Shown here: piece after piece, positions 28,899-38,944 of the stretch
Numbering within the stretch: the first letter of the stretch is position 1
Layout: each line of letters begins with the position of its first letter
From: Bifidobacterium angulatum
Lineage (GTDB): Bacteria > Actinomycetota > Actinomycetes > Actinomycetales > Bifidobacteriaceae
NCBI GenBank assembly: GCA_905207115.1
Contig: CAJLKD010000006.1
Coordinates: 29 to 64,028 of the forward strand
Length of the DNA: 64,000 nt
Direction: 5' to 3'
Translations under genes and position numbers: made by a program
Notes under the pieces: model-generated
What the model was told of the DNA's origin: nothing
The model's input: only the letters and a program-made list of their open reading frames with translations
Databases searched by the model: none

Positions 28899-29309
28899 TC
28901 ACTCCGACTTGTTTTGCTCCAAATGGCGCTGATCGTTGAGCACCGCATCCGTGTAGTCAAGATGCTGCTCGGTTTCGTCGTTGACGGCGTAGTAGCTCTT
29001 ACGCGTATTCCACCATGTTATCCACACGTCCCAGATCAGCAGGCTGTTCGTATCCGGCGGACTGGAATATCCCGATGCCTCAGGCCTGGCCCCCTCTTCC
29101 TTCAAGGATGCCTTCAACGCTTTGATATCGACGATTTCACCGGAGATCAACGTAGCCTGATCCCACCTCAAATACGCTATCTGCCAGTCATCCTGCGCCC
29201 GGTGTAACCCGAAATACGATGCCCCGAGAAGGCAGAAATACACCGCCAACACAATGGCCACAATACGTTTCTTAGTCAGGTTGATGCTTATGCTTATTTT
29301 TTCTGTCAT
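28899..29309 (-). CDS. hypothetical membrane-anchored protein
   Basis: N-terminal TM helix; visibly more AT-rich than neighbours. Confidence 0.6.
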   Translation of the reverse strand: MTEKISISINLTKKRIVAIVLAVYFCLLGASYFGLHRAQDDWQIAYLRWDQATLISGEIVDIKALKASLKEEGARPEASGYSSPPDTNSLLIWDVWITWWNTRKSYYAVNDETEQHLDYTDAVLNDQRHLEQNKSE

Positions 29310-29541
29310 AACAGCCCCTACACTGTTCGCATAAGCACAGGCCGTCTTGCCCATGCTTGATTGCTTACGAAACACAAAGACTAGCATCTTCCAACCATCG
29401 CAACCGGCGAACATGGTTAATTAGCCATTCCACTCATAGGCGCATCCATTCCAGCACCCATGACGTGCCTGCCGTACTTCGGCGGAAAGAGGTATTGTGG
29501 GTATCGGAAATACAACCTGCCCCATCTCAAGGAGAAACGAA

Positions 29542-30036
29542 ATGGCAGAAACCTTCAACGTCGTGGTGGAGATCCCGCGCGGCTCCAAGAACAAGTACGA
29601 AGTCGACCACGAGACGGGCCGCGTGTTCCTGGACCGCACCCTGTTCACCTCCATGGGCTACCCGGACGATTACGGCTACATCGACGGCACCCTGGGCGAG
29701 GACGGCGATCCGCTGGACGCGCTGGTCATGATCCCGAACTCCGTGTTCCCGGGCTGCGTGGTCGAGTGCCGCGCCGTCGGCCTGTACCACATGGTGGACG
29801 AAGCCGGTGGAGACGATAAGGTCCTGTGCGTGCCCGCCGATGTGCGTTTCGACGACATCAAGGATGTCGAGGACGTATCCGAGTACCACAAGGCTGAAAT
29901 CAAGCACTTCTTCGAGCAGTACAAGGCCCTGGAGCCGGGCAAGGAAGTGCTGCCGGGCGACTACTGGACCGGCGCTGCAAAGGCTGATGAGGAAATCGTC
30001 GCGGCACGCAAGCGCCTCGCCGAAAGCGAGAAGTGA
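29542..30036 (+). CDS. ppa: inorganic pyrophosphatase
   Basis: EIPRGSKNKYE, DGDPLD, HFFEQYKALE. Confidence 0.97.
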   Translation: MAETFNVVVEIPRGSKNKYEVDHETGRVFLDRTLFTSMGYPDDYGYIDGTLGEDGDPLDALVMIPNSVFPGCVVECRAVGLYHMVDEAGGDDKVLCVPADVRFDDIKDVEDVSEYHKAEIKHFFEQYKALEPGKEVLPGDYWTGAAKADEEIVAARKRLAESEK

Positions 30037-30060
30037 TTTCTTCTTCCTCCTCTGTATCTC

Positions 30061-30090
30061 AGAGCCCGCTGTTTGCGCAGCGGGCTTTTC
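30061..30090 (+). terminator. ppa terminator
   Basis: AGAGCCCGCTG / CAGCGGGCTTTT. Confidence 0.8.
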
Positions 30091-30156
30091 TGTTCCCCCG
30101 ATTCCTTCGATTCCTTCGATTCCTCCCCGATTTCCTCGGCCAGCATCCTAAATTTC

Positions 30157-30376
30157 CCAGTGACTGGATGATTTTCTCGCTCACATGCCAGTCAGCGATC
30201 AAAAACATCCAGCCGCTGGAAAAATACAGACGCTCAGCCCATCCCCACACGCCACAAACATCCACTGGCTGGATATTTATCCCGCTCACATGCCGTCCAG
30301 CGACCGAAATCACCCAGCCAATGGGAAATACGGACGCTGACGACCCCCTCACACGCCACAAACATCCAGCCAGTGG
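30157..30376. repeat. array A of CCA-N5-TGG motifs, 5 copies at 52-53 bp spacing
   Basis: Cores at 30157, 30209, 30262, 30314, 30366. Confidence 0.85.
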
Positions 30377-30501
30377 AGGATTTGCACCGTTGCGGGGAAT
30401 TCATAGTAAAGGCAGGGCGCAAACGCCCGATTTCCCCATGCGACGTTATAGTGGCTCATGTAATTACGGCATGCGAACGGTATTCGCTTAGGAACGCAAA
30501 G

Positions 30502-30604
30502 CCCGCTATCAACGGAGGCGGTTCCATGCCGATGCCCCTAGGCGTAGGCGGGCGCCACCCCGTCGAGGCCCATCCCGTAGGGAGACCAGCGGGATGAACC
30601 TTTT
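30502..30604 (+). promoter_or_regulatory. candidate yybP-ykoY-like Mn riboswitch leader
   Basis: Upstream of mntP; GAGACC motif; mutually exclusive stems. Confidence 0.35.
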
Positions 30605-30613
30605 ACCAAACCC

Positions 30614-31183
30614 ATGCTGCTACAGACGTTTCTCATCGCCATTTCCGTTTCCATGGACGCCTTTGCCGTTTCCATCGGCAAGGGCCTGACCGTCAAACGG
30701 CTTCGCAAGCGCGATGTGCTGAAAACCGCTCTCTGGTTTGGCGGGTTTCAGGCGTTGTTTCCGGTTATCGGGTATTACGCAACATCCACGTTCAGCAAAT
30801 ATGTGACGGCAGTGGATCACTGGATTATTTTCGGTCTGTTGCTGCTGATCGGCGGCAATATGATCCGCGAGGCGTTCGAGGAGGATGAGGAGAACGCCAA
30901 GGAAACCCCGGCATTCGATTGGCGGCACATGCTGCCGATTGCGTTCGCATGCAGCATCGACGCATTCGCCGTGGGCGTGAGTTTCGCATTCATGAATCTC
31001 AATATCGGCCTATCGGTCGCCATCATTGGCGTAACAACCGGGTTGTTCGCGGCTGCCGGATTGTGCATTGGCAGATTATTCGGCTCGCATTGGCAGAAGC
31101 CCGCGCAGATCATCGGCGGCTTTGTGCTGATTCTTATTGGCGTGAAGGTGCTGCTTGAGCATCTGAGTCTGCTTGGCCTGTGA
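30614..31183 (+). CDS. mntP: manganese efflux pump MntP
   Basis: SMDAFAVSIGKG and SIDAFAVG repeats, DHWIIFGLL. Confidence 0.92.
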   Translation: MLLQTFLIAISVSMDAFAVSIGKGLTVKRLRKRDVLKTALWFGGFQALFPVIGYYATSTFSKYVTAVDHWIIFGLLLLIGGNMIREAFEEDEENAKETPAFDWRHMLPIAFACSIDAFAVGVSFAFMNLNIGLSVAIIGVTTGLFAAAGLCIGRLFGSHWQKPAQIIGGFVLILIGVKVLLEHLSLLGL

Positions 31184-31201
31184 TTCCTCCAATGATTGCA
31201 T

Positions 31202-31260
31202 GACGGATAAGGGCGGGGGCTTTGCGAACTGTTTCGCAAAGCCCCCGCCCTTAATCCGTC
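31202..31260. terminator. long hairpin between convergent genes
   Basis: TAAGGGCGGGGGCTTTGCGAA / TTCGCAAAGCCCCCGCCCTTA. Confidence 0.75.
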
Positions 31261-31270
31261 GCGAGTATAT

Positions 31271-32017
31271 CTACCAGCCCACAATCTGAATCAGCAAGGC
31301 GGCGGCGAATACCACTAATCCAAACAGCATCACCGGCAGCAGGGCCACACCGACCCACGGTTCACGCGCATTATCGGCGGCATCAAGCTCTCTGCACCAG
31401 AACACCGACGCATAGGCGAGCACCAACGCCACCACTACCATCACGACGATCAACGCCACGAATTTCGTGGTACCAGCCGTGGCGCCGGCATGACGCCCAA
31501 CCGCCACAACATACGGGAGGAACACCCAGCCGCCCAACGAGATCGAGGCGGCGCCACCGGTCACGCAATGCGATAGCGCGCGAATCAGATGCGAACGTTC
31601 TTCGCGTGCCATCTGACGCCCGAACGCCACCACCGTGAGCAGCACCAGCAGACCGGCGACGGCGGCGGCCCAACGCAGCATCGGATAGGTGTTGCGCGTC
31701 AGCTCATTGCTCATAATCGCATCGTTTGCGGGAACGACCATCGACCCAAACGATGTGGAAACGCATGCCAACGACAGCACGCCGGCAACGGCACCGATGA
31801 TGCGATCCGCCATGCCGGCTCGGAATGGCCAGCATACGTGGAATACGGCAAGCACCACCACGGCCACTACCGCGACGCTCGCCGAAGACACCCCATCCAT
31901 TGGCCCCCGCATGGCGGAAAACACCAATGCCACCACAATGAACACTACATATGCCAGAGCCTGTACGCCCAGCATTCGCGTGCACTTGGCACCATGTTCT
32001 TCCATGGTTTCGCTCAT
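31271..32017 (-). CDS. hypothetical multi-pass membrane protein
   Basis: 248 aa with many hydrophobic segments. Confidence 0.75.
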   Translation of the reverse strand: MSETMEEHGAKCTRMLGVQALAYVVFIVVALVFSAMRGPMDGVSSASVAVVAVVVLAVFHVCWPFRAGMADRIIGAVAGVLSLACVSTSFGSMVVPANDAIMSNELTRNTYPMLRWAAAVAGLLVLLTVVAFGRQMAREERSHLIRALSHCVTGGAASISLGGWVFLPYVVAVGRHAGATAGTTKFVALIVVMVVVALVLAYASVFWCRELDAADNAREPWVGVALLPVMLFGLVVFAAALLIQIVGW

Positions 32018-32192
32018 GTTAACTCCCGGTTCTCGTTCAGTACTTCACTTATCCTACTCAATCCCCCCACGCGCCTTACATGCTCTAAACACAAGAGATG
32101 CATTCTGAAAGACAGTGCATATCCGGCGTGTCCACGATATGCGCGTAAAATATCCACAAATCAACAAGCAAACCAGAAACAGGGGGTTTGAC

Positions 32193-32942
32193 GTGACTGA
32201 TCTGACGCTTATGACGTCCGCCGGCAACCCCGCTTCCGTGCTGCCCTCGCTTGCGCTGCTTTCCCATCGCATCCGCGTTCTTCCGATGGATGCCGCCAGC
32301 TTGGTGAAAATGCCTGAAAGCACGATTCTTTTTCTTGACGCGCGTGACGATCTGGCTACAGCTAAAACGCTATGCAATCTGATTCACGCCTCCGGATTAT
32401 CCACGCCTATTGTGCTGGTGCTTACCGAGGGCGGGTTCACCGTGGTCAATTCGCAATGGGGTATCGCGGACGTGGTGGTTTCCACCGCTTCGCCGGCTGA
32501 GGTCGAAGGGCGACTGCGACTTGTGTCCGAACGTGGTAATGCGCCTGCGAACGCGCTTCCCGCCATGGACGGCAACACCGCAGCCGTCGACGGTCAGATC
32601 CGCTCCGGCGATCTTATTGTGGACACGAACGGTTACACCGCTTCCCTGCACGGTCATCCGATCGATCTGGCATACAAGGAATTCGAGCTGCTTAAGTACC
32701 TGGTGCAGCACCCTGGCCGCGTGTTCACCCGCGCGCAGCTTCTGCAGGAGGTGTGGGGGTACGACTACTACGGTGGCACCCGGACCGTCGATGTGCATAT
32801 CCGGCGTTTGAGGGCCAAGCTTGGCGGCGAATACGAGCATCTTATCGGCACCGTGCGCAATGTGGGCTACCGTTTCGACCCGCCGGATGAGCAGTCCGAG
32901 GAGTCCGCGGCAAAAACGGCGGCGCTTCCAGCCGATGAATAG
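32193..32942 (+). CDS. GlnR-like OmpR-family response regulator
   Basis: Atypical receiver (LPSLALLSH, VLTEGG); wHTH KEFELLKYL...VWGYDYYGGTRTVDVHIRRLRAKLG. Confidence 0.85.
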   Translation: MTDLTLMTSAGNPASVLPSLALLSHRIRVLPMDAASLVKMPESTILFLDARDDLATAKTLCNLIHASGLSTPIVLVLTEGGFTVVNSQWGIADVVVSTASPAEVEGRLRLVSERGNAPANALPAMDGNTAAVDGQIRSGDLIVDTNGYTASLHGHPIDLAYKEFELLKYLVQHPGRVFTRAQLLQEVWGYDYYGGTRTVDVHIRRLRAKLGGEYEHLIGTVRNVGYRFDPPDEQSEESAAKTAALPADE

Positions 32943-33642
32943 CCGAATAATGGTATCCGAGACCCCTCACTCCGCCCCTGCCACAGGGCGGGAATCCCGT
33001 AAGGCCCGTCTGGAACGCATGCATGCGGAATATGCCATATTGTGCAGCACCTACCCCGAGCCCGAATGCGCGTTGCATTTCGAAACCCCGTTGCAGTTGC
33101 TGATCGCCACTGTGCTCAGCGCTCAGACCACTGACAAACGGGTCAATACGGTCACACCCGAATTGTTTGCCACTTATCCGAGCTGTTCGGATCTGGCCTG
33201 CGCCAATCCCGAGGACGTGGAACGCATTATTCGCCCGCTTGGGTTCTACCGCACGAAGACCAAGCATCTGCTGGGATTGGCTCAGGTGTTGGCCAGTCGC
33301 TTCGACGGCGAAGTGCCGAGCACCATGGATGAGCTGACCAGCTTGCCCGGCGTGGGGCGGAAAACCGCGAATGTGGTGTTGGGCAATGCCTTCCATATTC
33401 CCGGCTTTCCGGTAGACACTCATGTGATGCGCGTGACCGGACGGTTGCGTTGGCGCAGCGACTGGCGGCATGCCAATCCCAATCCAGTGGCCGTCGAACG
33501 GGAGATCACCGCCTGTTTCCCTCCGGAGCAATGGACCGACCTCAGTCACCGTCTGATTCTTCACGGACGCGCCATCTGCCACGCGCGCAAACCGGACTGC
33601 GGCATATGCCCACTTGCGGACTCGTGCCCTTCCGCACGGTAG
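32935..33642 (+). CDS. nth: endonuclease III
   Basis: LSAQTTD, LPGVGRKTANVV HhH, C-X6-C-X2-C-X5-C Fe-S motif. Confidence 0.95.
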   Translation: MNSRIMVSETPHSAPATGRESRKARLERMHAEYAILCSTYPEPECALHFETPLQLLIATVLSAQTTDKRVNTVTPELFATYPSCSDLACANPEDVERIIRPLGFYRTKTKHLLGLAQVLASRFDGEVPSTMDELTSLPGVGRKTANVVLGNAFHIPGFPVDTHVMRVTGRLRWRSDWRHANPNPVAVEREITACFPPEQWTDLSHRLILHGRAICHARKPDCGICPLADSCPSAR

Positions 33643-33741
33643 CGCCATGGCAACCGTCACAGCAACCGCTGCGCCAACCGTAACGGCCACCGCCACAATA
33701 ACCGCCGGGGGAACGGTACCCGCACCGATACACTGGAGCAC

Positions 33742-35280
33742 ATGTCGAAGAAGTCGCACAATCAGCAATCCACCGCAAACCAACTGACCCGTTGGCTGAT
33801 ATTCCTAGGCATCTCGGCCGTACTGGCCCTGATCCTGCTGGTGGCGGCTCCACGGATCATGCATCGCAGCCTGTTCAGCGTTGCCGACGGGGCATCGACC
33901 GGCACGCTCGCCGTAGGCGTTACGGACGTGCCCGACACACTCGATATTCGCACCGTGAACAACGCTTCGCTTGACCGTGTGCTTATCGGAAACGTGTACG
34001 AGACGCTGCTGGGCCGCAATAGCGACAATGGCATTACCGCCGGCCTTGCCTCATCCTGGAAGACCTCGGATGACGGGCTCACCCTCACTTTCACGCTGCG
34101 TAGCGGACTACGGTTCGCCAATGGCCACACCCTTGACGCGGCAAGCGTGGTGTGGTCGTTGCAGCAGGCGGTCTCGAACAAATGGCCTGGAGCGGATACC
34201 AAGCTCGCCGCCCTCGCCTCGGTGACCAACCCGAATGCCACGACCGTGGTCATCACTTTGAAGCAGCCGGATGCCACGCTACCGCGTACGCTCTCGGGGC
34301 GTCTCGGCATCGTATACGACAGCGCGGCAAATATCGACTACACCAATCAGGCCATGGGATCTGGCCCCTACCGCATCACGAACTTCACCCCAAGCCAGCG
34401 GATCGCATTCGCCGCCGTCAGCGGATCGACCGCCAAAACACATACCGTTACCGTCAGGAACTACAGCAGCAACTCGAATCTGTTGAAAGCCGCGCGATCC
34501 GGCGATGTCGACCTTGCGATTCCCTCCGACCCCGCATCCGCGGATAGCCTCGCGGATGATCAGAACCTGCGTGTTTCCGCGGGTACAAGCGAAAACAAGG
34601 TCACACTGCTCTACAACAACGATGCCGACTCCATTTTCTCCGATGTACAGGCACGCACGGCTCTGCGCATGATGCTTGACAAAACAGCGCTGCTCAAAGA
34701 CCGGTCCGATGTGGCACAACCGTTGGGCGGACCCATCGGGCCACTTGAACCGGGCTATGAGGATCTCACCGGCCTGATTGCCCACAATGCGGACAGAGGG
34801 CGCCAGCTTATGAGCTATTTCTCATCAAGCTACATCGACACAATCAACCTGGTGACCAGCGAAACCTATGAGCCGTTGGCGCAAAACATCGCACATCAGC
34901 TGCAGGAGCAGGGAATCTCGGTCGAGGTTTCGGCCCTCAGCGACGCAGGCGTGCAGGATTGCCTCAGCAAGCGCAACTTCCAGCTGCTCCTCACCACCAT
35001 CAATGGCGTGGACGGCACAGCCGATTTCGCCGATCCGAACGGACCGTCACGATACACGAACGCGGACGCGCAAGCGCAGTACACACAAGCCGTGCATGCG
35101 ACCACGCAGGAAGCCTATGAAAACGATTTGAAGGCATACGCGCGCACCGTCAGCTCCACTGCGGCCAGCGATTGGCTATATGCCCGCAAGACCGCCGTCA
35201 TTGCATCCACACAGCTTGCCGGCTATTCGGCGCAGATGGCCGATGAGCGCCTGCCACTAGCCAACATTGTCAAACAATGA
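33742..35280 (+). CDS. ABC transporter solute-binding protein (family 5)
   Basis: VYETLL, LASSW...DGLTLTFTLRSGLRFANG, GSGPY. Confidence 0.85.
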   Translation: MSKKSHNQQSTANQLTRWLIFLGISAVLALILLVAAPRIMHRSLFSVADGASTGTLAVGVTDVPDTLDIRTVNNASLDRVLIGNVYETLLGRNSDNGITAGLASSWKTSDDGLTLTFTLRSGLRFANGHTLDAASVVWSLQQAVSNKWPGADTKLAALASVTNPNATTVVITLKQPDATLPRTLSGRLGIVYDSAANIDYTNQAMGSGPYRITNFTPSQRIAFAAVSGSTAKTHTVTVRNYSSNSNLLKAARSGDVDLAIPSDPASADSLADDQNLRVSAGTSENKVTLLYNNDADSIFSDVQARTALRMMLDKTALLKDRSDVAQPLGGPIGPLEPGYEDLTGLIAHNADRGRQLMSYFSSSYIDTINLVTSETYEPLAQNIAHQLQEQGISVEVSALSDAGVQDCLSKRNFQLLLTTINGVDGTADFADPNGPSRYTNADAQAQYTQAVHATTQEAYENDLKAYARTVSSTAASDWLYARKTAVIASTQLAGYSAQMADERLPLANIVKQ

Positions 35281-35361
35281 TTGCCGAACGTCAGCGCCCA
35301 CTACCGCGCTATGGCGGAAAATGGCGCTTTCTTGTCATACAAAAGCCTTAAACTGGCGCGT

Positions 35362-38115
35362 ATGACTGAAGCCAAATCCATCGACGCAAATCTGACCCCG
35401 TTGCCCGACAAAGTCGGCGTGGACGGCCTGGAAGATAAGTGGCGTGCCGTCTGGGACGACAACGGCACCTACAAGTTCAACAACACCCGCGACCGCAAGG
35501 CCGTGTACTCCATCGACACCCCGCCGCCCACCGTTTCGGGCCATCTGCATGTGGGTCACGTGTTCTCCTACACCCATACCGATGTGATCGCACGTTTCAA
35601 GCGCATGAACGGCTATGACGTGTTCTACCCGATGGGTTGGGACGACAACGGCCTGCCGACCGAGCGCCGCGTGCAGAACTACTACGGCGTGCGCGTGGAT
35701 ACGTCGCTGAAGTACGATCCCGATTTCAAGCCGCCGTTCGAAGGCACCGACGGCAAGAAGATCGACGCCAAGGACCAGGTGCCGATCTCCCGCAAGAACT
35801 TCATCGAGCTGTGCGAAAAGCTCACCGCCCAGGATGAGAAGCAGTTCGAGGCCCTGTGGCGTTCCCTCGGCCTGTCCATCGACTGGTCGCAGACCTATCA
35901 CACCATCGGCAAGCACCCGCAGCGCGTGGCGCAGAAGGCGTTCCTGCGCAACCTGGCTCGCGGCGAGGCATATCAGAAGGACGCCCCCGGTCTGTGGGAC
36001 GTGACGTTCCAGACCGCTGTGGCCCAGGCCGAGCTCGAATCGCGCGAATACCCGGGCTTCTACCACAAGGTGGCGTTCCGTTTCGAGGACGGCACCCCGA
36101 TCTACATCGAGACCACCCGTCCCGAACTGCTGGCCGCCTGCGGCGCGCTGATCGCGCACCCGGACGATGAACGCTACAAGCAGTACTTCGGCCAGTACGT
36201 TTACTCCCCGCTGTTCCACGTGAAAGTGCCGATTCTGGCGCATAAGGCCGCGGAAATGGACAAGGGCGCCGGCATTGCCATGTGCTGTACGTTCGGCGAC
36301 GTGACCGACGTCGAATGGTGGCGTGACCTGAACCTGCCGCTGCGTTCCATCATCCAGCGCAACGGACGCATCATCATGGACGTGCCGGACTGGATCGAAA
36401 ACGAAGAAGGCCGCAAGATCTTCGAGGAGACCGAAGGCAAGACCACGTTCTCCGCACGCAAGATCATCGTCGACCACCTGCGCGAGTCCGGCGACCTGGA
36501 TGGCGAGCCGACGCCGACCAAGCGTATGACGAACTTCTACGAGAAGGGCGACAAGCCGCTCGAAATCGTCACCTCCCGCCAGTGGTATCTGAAGAACGGC
36601 GGCACCGACGAGAAGCTGAACGCCGAACTCATCGAGCGCGGCAAGGAACTGAACTTCCATCCCGACTTCATGCGCGTGCGCTATGAGAACTGGGTGCATG
36701 GCCTGAACGGCGACTGGCTGATCTCCCGCCAGCGCTTCTTCGGCGTGCCGTTCCCGTTGTGGTACCCGGTGAAGGAAGACGGCACCCCGGATTATGATCA
36801 CCCGATCACGCCGAGCGAAGACGTTCTGCCGATCGACCCGACCGACGACGTGCCGGAAGGCTACACCGAGGACCAGCGTGACGTGCCCGGCGGCTTCACC
36901 GCCGAACCGGACATCATGGACACCTGGGCGACTTCCTCCCTCACCCCGCAGATCGTAACCCGCTGGGAGGAGCCTGGCGAAGAGAACCAGGCGATCTTCA
37001 ACGCCACCTTCCCGATGGATCTGCGCCCGCAGGGTCAGGACATCATCCGCACCTGGCTGTTCTCCACCGTCGATCGCGCCCACCTTGAGAACAAGTGCCT
37101 GCCGTGGGCCCATGCGACACTGTCCGGCTGGATTCTCGACCCGGATCACAAGAAGATGTCGAAGTCCAAGGGCAACGTGGTGGTGCCCGACAAGCCGATC
37201 AAGCAGTTCGGCGCCGACGCAGTGCGCTACTGGGCCGCTTCCGCACGTCTGGGTCTGGATGCCACATACGACGAGGGCCAGATGAAGATCGGCCGCCGCT
37301 TGGCCATCAAGCTGCTCAACGCCACCAAGTTCGCACTGGCCATCGGTCGTGAGGACGAGAACCACCATGTGGCCGAAGCCGCCACCGCAACGTGGAATCC
37401 GGCAGATGTGACCGAACCGCTGGACCGTGCGGCCATGGCGAAGATGGCTCTGGTGGTACGCGAAGCCACTGCGGCGCTGAACTCCTATGAGCATTCCAAG
37501 GCGTTGGAAGCCATCGAGGACTATTTCTGGCAGTTCTGCGACGATTACATCGAGCTGGTGAAGAACCGTGCCTATGGCACCGCCGATGCCACTGGCAACG
37601 TGCCAAGCGAGACCGCGGTCAAGTCCGCACGCACCGCATTGGGCCTGGGGCTGGACGCGTTCGCCCGTCTGCTGGCGCCGTTCCTGCCGTACGCCGCCGA
37701 AGAGGTGTGGAGCTGGATGCATGCCGGCGAGGGTTCCGTGCACCGTGCCGCATGGCCGACTCCGGACGTGTACGAGGCGGCTGCGGCGAAGGTCTCCCCG
37801 GAGCTGCTGACCCATGCCGGCGAGGCACTGGCCGCTCTGCGCGGCATCAAGTCCAAGGCGAAGGTCTCGATGAAGACCCCGATCCTGTCCGTAACGCTGG
37901 GCGTGGCCGATGATGTGCGCGAATCCATTCAGAGCGCGCTGGGCGACATCGCCGAGGCCGGACGCGTGGTCGGCAAGATCAGCTTCGCCGGTGCCCTTGC
38001 CGCCGCCAAGGATGCTCTGGACAAAGCCAAGTCCGAAACCGAGGCCGCAGCCGAAGTGATCGTCGAGGAATCCGAACTCGGCGAGCCGCCGGCCAAGAAG
38101 CCTAAGAAGAAGTGA
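35362..38115 (+). CDS. valS: valyl-tRNA synthetase
   Basis: PPPTVSGHLHVGH, DWLISRQR, KMSKS. Confidence 0.96.
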   Translation: MTEAKSIDANLTPLPDKVGVDGLEDKWRAVWDDNGTYKFNNTRDRKAVYSIDTPPPTVSGHLHVGHVFSYTHTDVIARFKRMNGYDVFYPMGWDDNGLPTERRVQNYYGVRVDTSLKYDPDFKPPFEGTDGKKIDAKDQVPISRKNFIELCEKLTAQDEKQFEALWRSLGLSIDWSQTYHTIGKHPQRVAQKAFLRNLARGEAYQKDAPGLWDVTFQTAVAQAELESREYPGFYHKVAFRFEDGTPIYIETTRPELLAACGALIAHPDDERYKQYFGQYVYSPLFHVKVPILAHKAAEMDKGAGIAMCCTFGDVTDVEWWRDLNLPLRSIIQRNGRIIMDVPDWIENEEGRKIFEETEGKTTFSARKIIVDHLRESGDLDGEPTPTKRMTNFYEKGDKPLEIVTSRQWYLKNGGTDEKLNAELIERGKELNFHPDFMRVRYENWVHGLNGDWLISRQRFFGVPFPLWYPVKEDGTPDYDHPITPSEDVLPIDPTDDVPEGYTEDQRDVPGGFTAEPDIMDTWATSSLTPQIVTRWEEPGEENQAIFNATFPMDLRPQGQDIIRTWLFSTVDRAHLENKCLPWAHATLSGWILDPDHKKMSKSKGNVVVPDKPIKQFGADAVRYWAASARLGLDATYDEGQMKIGRRLAIKLLNATKFALAIGREDENHHVAEAATATWNPADVTEPLDRAAMAKMALVVREATAALNSYEHSKALEAIEDYFWQFCDDYIELVKNRAYGTADATGNVPSETAVKSARTALGLGLDAFARLLAPFLPYAAEEVWSWMHAGEGSVHRAAWPTPDVYEAAAAKVSPELLTHAGEALAALRGIKSKAKVSMKTPILSVTLGVADDVRESIQSALGDIAEAGRVVGKISFAGALAAAKDALDKAKSETEAAAEVIVEESELGEPPAKKPKKK

Positions 38116-38132
38116 GTAAGTAAGTAGACACG

Positions 38133-38246
38133 AGATCAGCCCTCAAACTACCGACGCTCAGGGGTATCCCACCGTCGATGTTTGAGGGCTGATCTTCTTT
38201 TCCGCAAACTACCGACGCTTAGGCCTACCTCAGCGTCGGTAGTTTG
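38133..38246. repeat. two related hairpins (REP-like / terminator) after valS
   Basis: CAAACTACCGACGCT at 38144 and 38205, its complement at 38232; outer stem AGATCAGCCCTCAAAC / GTTTGAGGGCTGATCT. Confidence 0.75.
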
Positions 38247-38368
38247 GAAAAGCAATTGCACGGGATGTCTGGAGATAGTCGTACGGATGACTGCTGTATT
38301 CAGTCCAGGCACCTGTCCCTGCGAGCATCTGGCATACGCATCTCTCACACGTGGGCGTCACGCGGGAA

Positions 38369-38761
38369 TCATGCGAACACATCAAGCACGCCCGGGTCTC
38401 CCCCGGCGTCGGCAATACGCTGATGGCGTTTCTTGGCTTCCGTGACCACGAATTCTCGGTACATTTCCGCAATTTCCGGATCAAGACCCGCATCAACGGC
38501 GATACGGTGCAAGCGTTCGATCTGGTAATCCTCACGTTTTGTGTCTTCCGGCGCGAATCCGGCGCCAGCCTTCAATACACCGACCTGAGAGGTGGCTTTG
38601 AACCGTTCCGCGAGCAACGAGACGATCGCGGAGTCAATATTGTCGATGGATTGGCGCAATGCCTTGATCTTTGCGACTGCCTGGGCAGTTTCCGGATGCT
38701 GTTCGGCCTGGGCCGAATCGATGGTGGTCTTCTGCCAATCGCTATGTTCGGAATCACTCAT
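38369..38761 (-). CDS. chorismate mutase
   Basis: LRQSIDNIDSAIVSLLAERF...VGVLKA...RE. Confidence 0.88.
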   Translation of the reverse strand: MSDSEHSDWQKTTIDSAQAEQHPETAQAVAKIKALRQSIDNIDSAIVSLLAERFKATSQVGVLKAGAGFAPEDTKREDYQIERLHRIAVDAGLDPEIAEMYREFVVTEAKKRHQRIADAGGDPGVLDVFA

Positions 38762-38944
38762 ACGGTTAGCCTACCCCACCGAATGGCCACAATCGGTTTC
38801 CAATCGAAGCACTACGATACGCCATGCGAAACGGCAAGCAAAAGGCGGGCCCGGGCAAAACCGGAACCCGCCCAAACCCCTAGGAAAACCCAGATGGCGA
38901 ACCCTGCGTAAACCTTATACAGCCTTACGCGAACCTTGCGCCTC

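Noticed and set aside
30097..30135. Short CGATTCCTT tandem repeats (similar CGATTC run near 57128-57170)
   Set aside because: Too short and too few to distinguish from slippage-derived microsatellites.
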